The notes beneath the pieces are model-generated. The model was not told the DNA's origin and did not search any database. It saw only the letters and a program-made list of their open reading frames with translations. This document shows, piece by piece, positions 60,854 through 64,000 of a stretch of DNA of 64,000 bases (its first letter is position 1; the number at the start of each line of letters is the position of its first letter). The DNA comes from an uncultured Solirubrobacteraceae bacterium. GTDB lineage: Bacteria; Actinomycetota; Thermoleophilia; Solirubrobacterales; Solirubrobacteraceae. The DNA lies in assembly GCA_963735615.1 (NCBI GenBank), contig CAVTLO010000003.1, forward strand, positions 132,079-196,078, read 5' to 3'. Both the position numbers and the translations under genes were made by a program.

Positions 60854-61618
60854 GTGATCCTGATGGCTCGGCGCCGCGCACACCTGACGCAGCGGGAGCT
60901 GGCGGCACGGGTGGGCTGTCGCCAGGCGACTATTGCGCGTTGGGAGCGCGGCGATCGACACGCGGCCTTCGAGGACGTGCAGGATGTGGTCGGCGCATGT
61001 GGGCTGCAGCTCGAGGTTCACCTTGTCGCCGAGGATCGCTCGTGGTGGCCGCAGATTGCCGCGCAACTTGACTGCACGCCAGCCGAGCGCGTGCGCCGAC
61101 TCGCTCCGCCAGGAGTCTTCGCCGATCTTGTGGCTGCGCTCGAGGCTCTCGCCGACACCCGCCTGCCGGTTATCGTGATCGGCGAGGTGGCAGGTGCGCT
61201 GCAAGGTTGGCCACTCGTGTTGAGCGGTGAGCCGATTGAGGTCTGTGCGCGCGCGGATGCGGTGGGCGCAGCGCTGAAGCGCCTGGGCGCGACCGACATA
61301 GCAGCTGGAGCGTTCGAGCTTCCGTCGGGCGCGCGGATGGCTATCGTCGACGCTCCCCTGGGTACCTCGGGCTACGGCGATCTGGCACGTGGCGCCGAAA
61401 CACTCGCTGTCGATCGGGGGTCGGTTCAGGTGGCCCGTCTTCTTGACCTTCTGCGGATCGCCGATGCCTCCCTGAACCGTGACTCCCGGCGTCACGCTCT
61501 GGCCTACCAGGCTGTGCTCGACGTCCAACGCGCTCTGAGCGCCCCGCGACCGGTGGCCGGCCGTACCGATGAGGAGAGGATCGAGTCGTGGCTGAGCAAG
61601 CAGACCCCGGTGGCATAG
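60854..61618 (+). CDS. XRE HTH fused to a degenerate nucleotidyltransferase-like domain (putative antitoxin)
   Basis: ARRRAHLTQRELAARVGCRQATIARWERG; the C-terminal part parallels the downstream NTase (VIVIGEVAGALQG; VARLLDL) but lacks GG and DxD. Confidence 0.6.
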   Translation: MILMARRRAHLTQRELAARVGCRQATIARWERGDRHAAFEDVQDVVGACGLQLEVHLVAEDRSWWPQIAAQLDCTPAERVRRLAPPGVFADLVAALEALADTRLPVIVIGEVAGALQGWPLVLSGEPIEVCARADAVGAALKRLGATDIAAGAFELPSGARMAIVDAPLGTSGYGDLARGAETLAVDRGSVQVARLLDLLRIADASLNRDSRRHALAYQAVLDVQRALSAPRPVAGRTDEERIESWLSKQTPVA

Positions 61619-62115
61619 ATACCGACCGGGAGGCGTTGCTCGGTGTGCTCGTGCGTCATCGTGTGGCGTTCGTCTTGATCGGCGGCGCTGCGATCCAGTC
61701 GCACGGCCGTCGTTTCGATACCCAGGACATCGACCTCACGCCGGATACTGCGCCGGAGAACCTTGCGCGGCTGGCGGACGCCCTGAACGAGCTGCACTGC
61801 CAGCTGATCACCGACCCTGCCGACACGCACAGCTGGGTCACGTTGCCGTCAGATTACTTCACGCCACGGAGCTTGCTAGCTGCGACCGTATGGAACCTCG
61901 CCACTGGACACGGCCAGCTCGATCTCTGCTTCACGCCCGCAGGCTTTCCGGGCGGCTACCGCGATCTGCAGCCGCGAGCGACGGAACGGGCTGCTGCGGG
62001 AACGACCGTCATCGTGGCCGTCGCCGCGCTCGAGGACATCCACGAGTCGAAGCGCCAGGCGGGTCGACCCAAGGACCGTGAGTACCTCAAACGCGCCGAA
62101 GAACCCGACTCATAG
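61588..62115 (+). CDS. Minimal nucleotidyltransferase-fold protein (putative toxin)
   Basis: FVLIGGAAIQSHG...TQDIDL, LDLCF, VAALEDI.ESKRQAGRPKD. Confidence 0.7.
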   Translation: MAEQADPGGIDTDREALLGVLVRHRVAFVLIGGAAIQSHGRRFDTQDIDLTPDTAPENLARLADALNELHCQLITDPADTHSWVTLPSDYFTPRSLLAATVWNLATGHGQLDLCFTPAGFPGGYRDLQPRATERAAAGTTVIVAVAALEDIHESKRQAGRPKDREYLKRAEEPDS

Positions 62116-62377
62116 AGGCACGGCAGGGCGGGGTAGACGCACTGGCTGGGCAGCCAGTTGTCCCATACTGATCCAATCGCGCCCGGCGATGCTATTCAGA
62201 GGGCGTAAACATGCGTCGAGTGCGACAGGGGGTATCTGATGTTGCCTCTAGCTTGGAGGAGTTGGTGAGGGCTCGTCTAATAGGTCCGGTGGGCAAACCG
62301 CAACTTTTCGGCCTGCTCGGAGTCACCAGGGGATAGAGCCGTATGTCGATGTCGCTGTTCTCGATAGGGAGGTAGCC

Positions 62378-64000
62378 GTGAGGTCCCAGGTCCGCATTTC
62401 GTTTGTCGCGCTGCTGGTAGGCGCATTCGTCTTTGTCCTGGCGCCCGGCGTTGCGCAGGCTGCCGCCGGCATCGAAAGCTTCTTTGCCTCCAACTGCAAC
62501 GTCAACACCTGCAAGAAAGAACCGGGCGAGACCAAAGCGGAAGAACTGGCGAAAGCCAAAACGGAAGGCTTCGCGCAAGCGGGCGGGCATCCGAACTTCG
62601 GGATAACCGACTTCAAGATCGACACCACGGGCGCGTTCCCAAACGAGGCGCCGTCGGGAGTCATCACGCACATTCGCACCGACGTAGCTCCCGGTGTCGC
62701 CACCAACCCGGACTCTCCGGCGAAGTGCTCATTTGAAGAATTCGGCAAAGAATTTGAACCAGCCCCAGGCATCCACACTGGCCTCTATGAAAAACCTAAA
62801 TGCGAATCGGGATCAGAAATCGGCGTCAATAGCGTCATCGTCTACCTCGGCCCGGAAGCGTCTCCCAAAGGCGGTGACCTACCGATTGAAGGGAACGTCT
62901 ACAACCTCCTGCAGCCCAAGGGTCTCGCCTCTGACTTTGGCGTCGCACTCCCGCTTCCGAAAGCGCTCACCGAAGCGCTCCTCGGCGGTGCCACACCGCA
63001 GCTGTACGCCCACACTCTGATTGAAGGTAGCGTCGAATGGGGCGCGGAATCGGCTGGGACGGGTAAGGCTGACTATCACGACTACTTCGAAATCAACGTC
63101 TCGCCGCTACTGCCGCTGATCAGCTCGCGGTTGGTGTTCAACGGTCGAGCCGGCGCCGGTGACTTCCTCACCAACCCGACCTCTTGCACGGGAGTGGGTC
63201 CGCAGACGACGACGAGGCTGACGCTCAACTTTCAGTCAGGCGAAGTGGTCCCTCCAGCAACGTATGAAACCCCAATCGGCACCGAAAACTGCGGCCTGGT
63301 CCCATTCGAACCGGGTTTCGCTCTCGCTCAGGCGACAACGGGCTCTGAAGCGCCGGACGGCATCACGACCGAACTGACGCTCGCACACAAGACAGGAGCC
63401 ACAGAAATCGATGACTCGCAGCTCAAGGCCGTGAGCGTCACGATGTCCGAAGGTCTCACCATGAACGCCGCGGCCGCGGCCGGCCTGGAAGCGTGCACGC
63501 CGGCGGAGATCGGGGTTGGAACGAAGAACCCGATGACCTGCCCCGAAGGTGCGAAGCTCGGCACCGTGACGCTGAACGTGCCCGGACTGCCCGCGGGATC
63601 GTTGCAGGGCAACGTCTATCTCGGCGGCCCTGAATCGGGTCCGATCACCGGTGGCGCCAATGCCGCTGAACCCGAATACACGATCTACATCAGCGCCGAA
63701 TCGGAACGCTACGGGGTTGACGTGCGCCTGAAAGGTGCGGTCAAGCCCAACGCTAAAACGGGACAGATGACGGCCACGTTCTCCGAAAACCCCGAACAGC
63801 CGTTCAGCAGCCTGGTCCTGCGCTTCAACGGCGGCCCGCTGGCGCCACTGGCGAACGGGCTCAAGTGCGAAGCTAGCACCGCCGCGACGACGTTCACGCC
63901 GTTCAGTGCGACCGCGGCGAAGTCGTCGCAGGCGAACTTCGAAATCACCGGCTGTCCGTCCACGCTGCCGTTCGCGCTCACCCAGAGCATCGAATATGAA
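62378..64000 (+). CDS. Large secreted beta-rich protein, partial (runs off the window end)
   Basis: Not in the ORF track. GGAGG SD then GTG 62378; signal peptide ...LAPGVAQA; QAGGHPNF, VYNL and FLTNPTSC segments; no stop seen in the portion translated. Confidence 0.75.
   Translation, partial: MRSQVRISFVALLVGAFVFVLAPGVAQAAAGIESFFASNCNVNTCKKEPGETKAEELAKAKTEGFAQAGGHPNFGITDFKIDTTGAFPNEAPSGVITHIRTDVAPGVATNPDSPAKCSFEEFGKEFEPAPGIHTGLYEKPKCESGSEIGVNSVIVYLGPEASPKGGDLPIEGNVYNLLQPKGLASDFGVALPLPKALTEALLGGATPQLYAHTLIEGSVEWGAESAGTGKADYHDYFEINVSPLLPLISSRLVFNGRAGAGDFLTNPTSCTGVGPQTTTRLTLNFQSGEVVPPATYETPIGTENCGLVPFEPGFALAQATTGSEAPDGITTELTLAHKTGATEIDDSQLKAVSVTMSEGLTMNAAAAAGLEACTPAEIGVGTKNPMTCPEGAKLGTVTLNVPGLPAGSLQGNVYLGGPESGPITGGANAAEPEYTIYISAESERYGVDVRLKGAVKPNAKTGQMTATFSENPEQPFSSLVLRFNGGPLAPLANGLKCEASTAATTFTPFSATAAKSSQANFEITGCPSTLPFALTQSIEYE

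Noticed and set aside
62285-62330. Second c-di-GMP riboswitch suggested by GGGCAAACC upstream of the secreted protein
   Set aside because: No GNRA-capped P2 stem and no CGCAAAGC segment follow.

Overview
High-GC actinobacterial DNA; gene content and protein style suggest Thermoleophilia/Solirubrobacterales (inference). About 1-23.6 kb is a large exopolysaccharide/capsule locus: CpsB-type phosphatase, many glycosyltransferases, two DegT aminotransferases, an epimerase, Wzx, Wzy-like and Wzc genes, an FkbM methyltransferase, and a secreted GH-A-like protein preceded by a c-di-GMP-I-type riboswitch. Next come lhgO, an S8 protease and tadA, then an accessory block (27-38 kb: LuxR/ATPase and GNAT genes with internal stops, a hydrolase, MFS, SDR, ORFans, and a small alphaCTD-sigma4 fusion protein). 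From 38.0 to 49.6 kb is a tRNA-Ser(CGA)-associated island with one intact tRNA, two 5' tRNA halves on the minus strand, one 3' half on the plus strand, conserved arm-like repeats, a tyrosine integrase, two toxin-antitoxin pairs, an AAA-ATPase/subtilase pair and a HEPN-motif protein. The most striking observation is that the 5' half at 40861-40899 (-) and the 3' half at 49155-49211 (+) have complementary anticodon stems. They would be rejoined into a complete tRNA by inverting the intervening ~8.3 kb integrase/defence cassette at the shared 7-bp anticodon loop. The rest (50-64 kb) is mostly ordinary genes plus an HTH/pseudo-NTase + NTase pair and the start of a large secreted protein. Several single-base indels, mostly in short base runs, suggest sequencing errors. 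All calls are from visual motif recognition; no searches were run.
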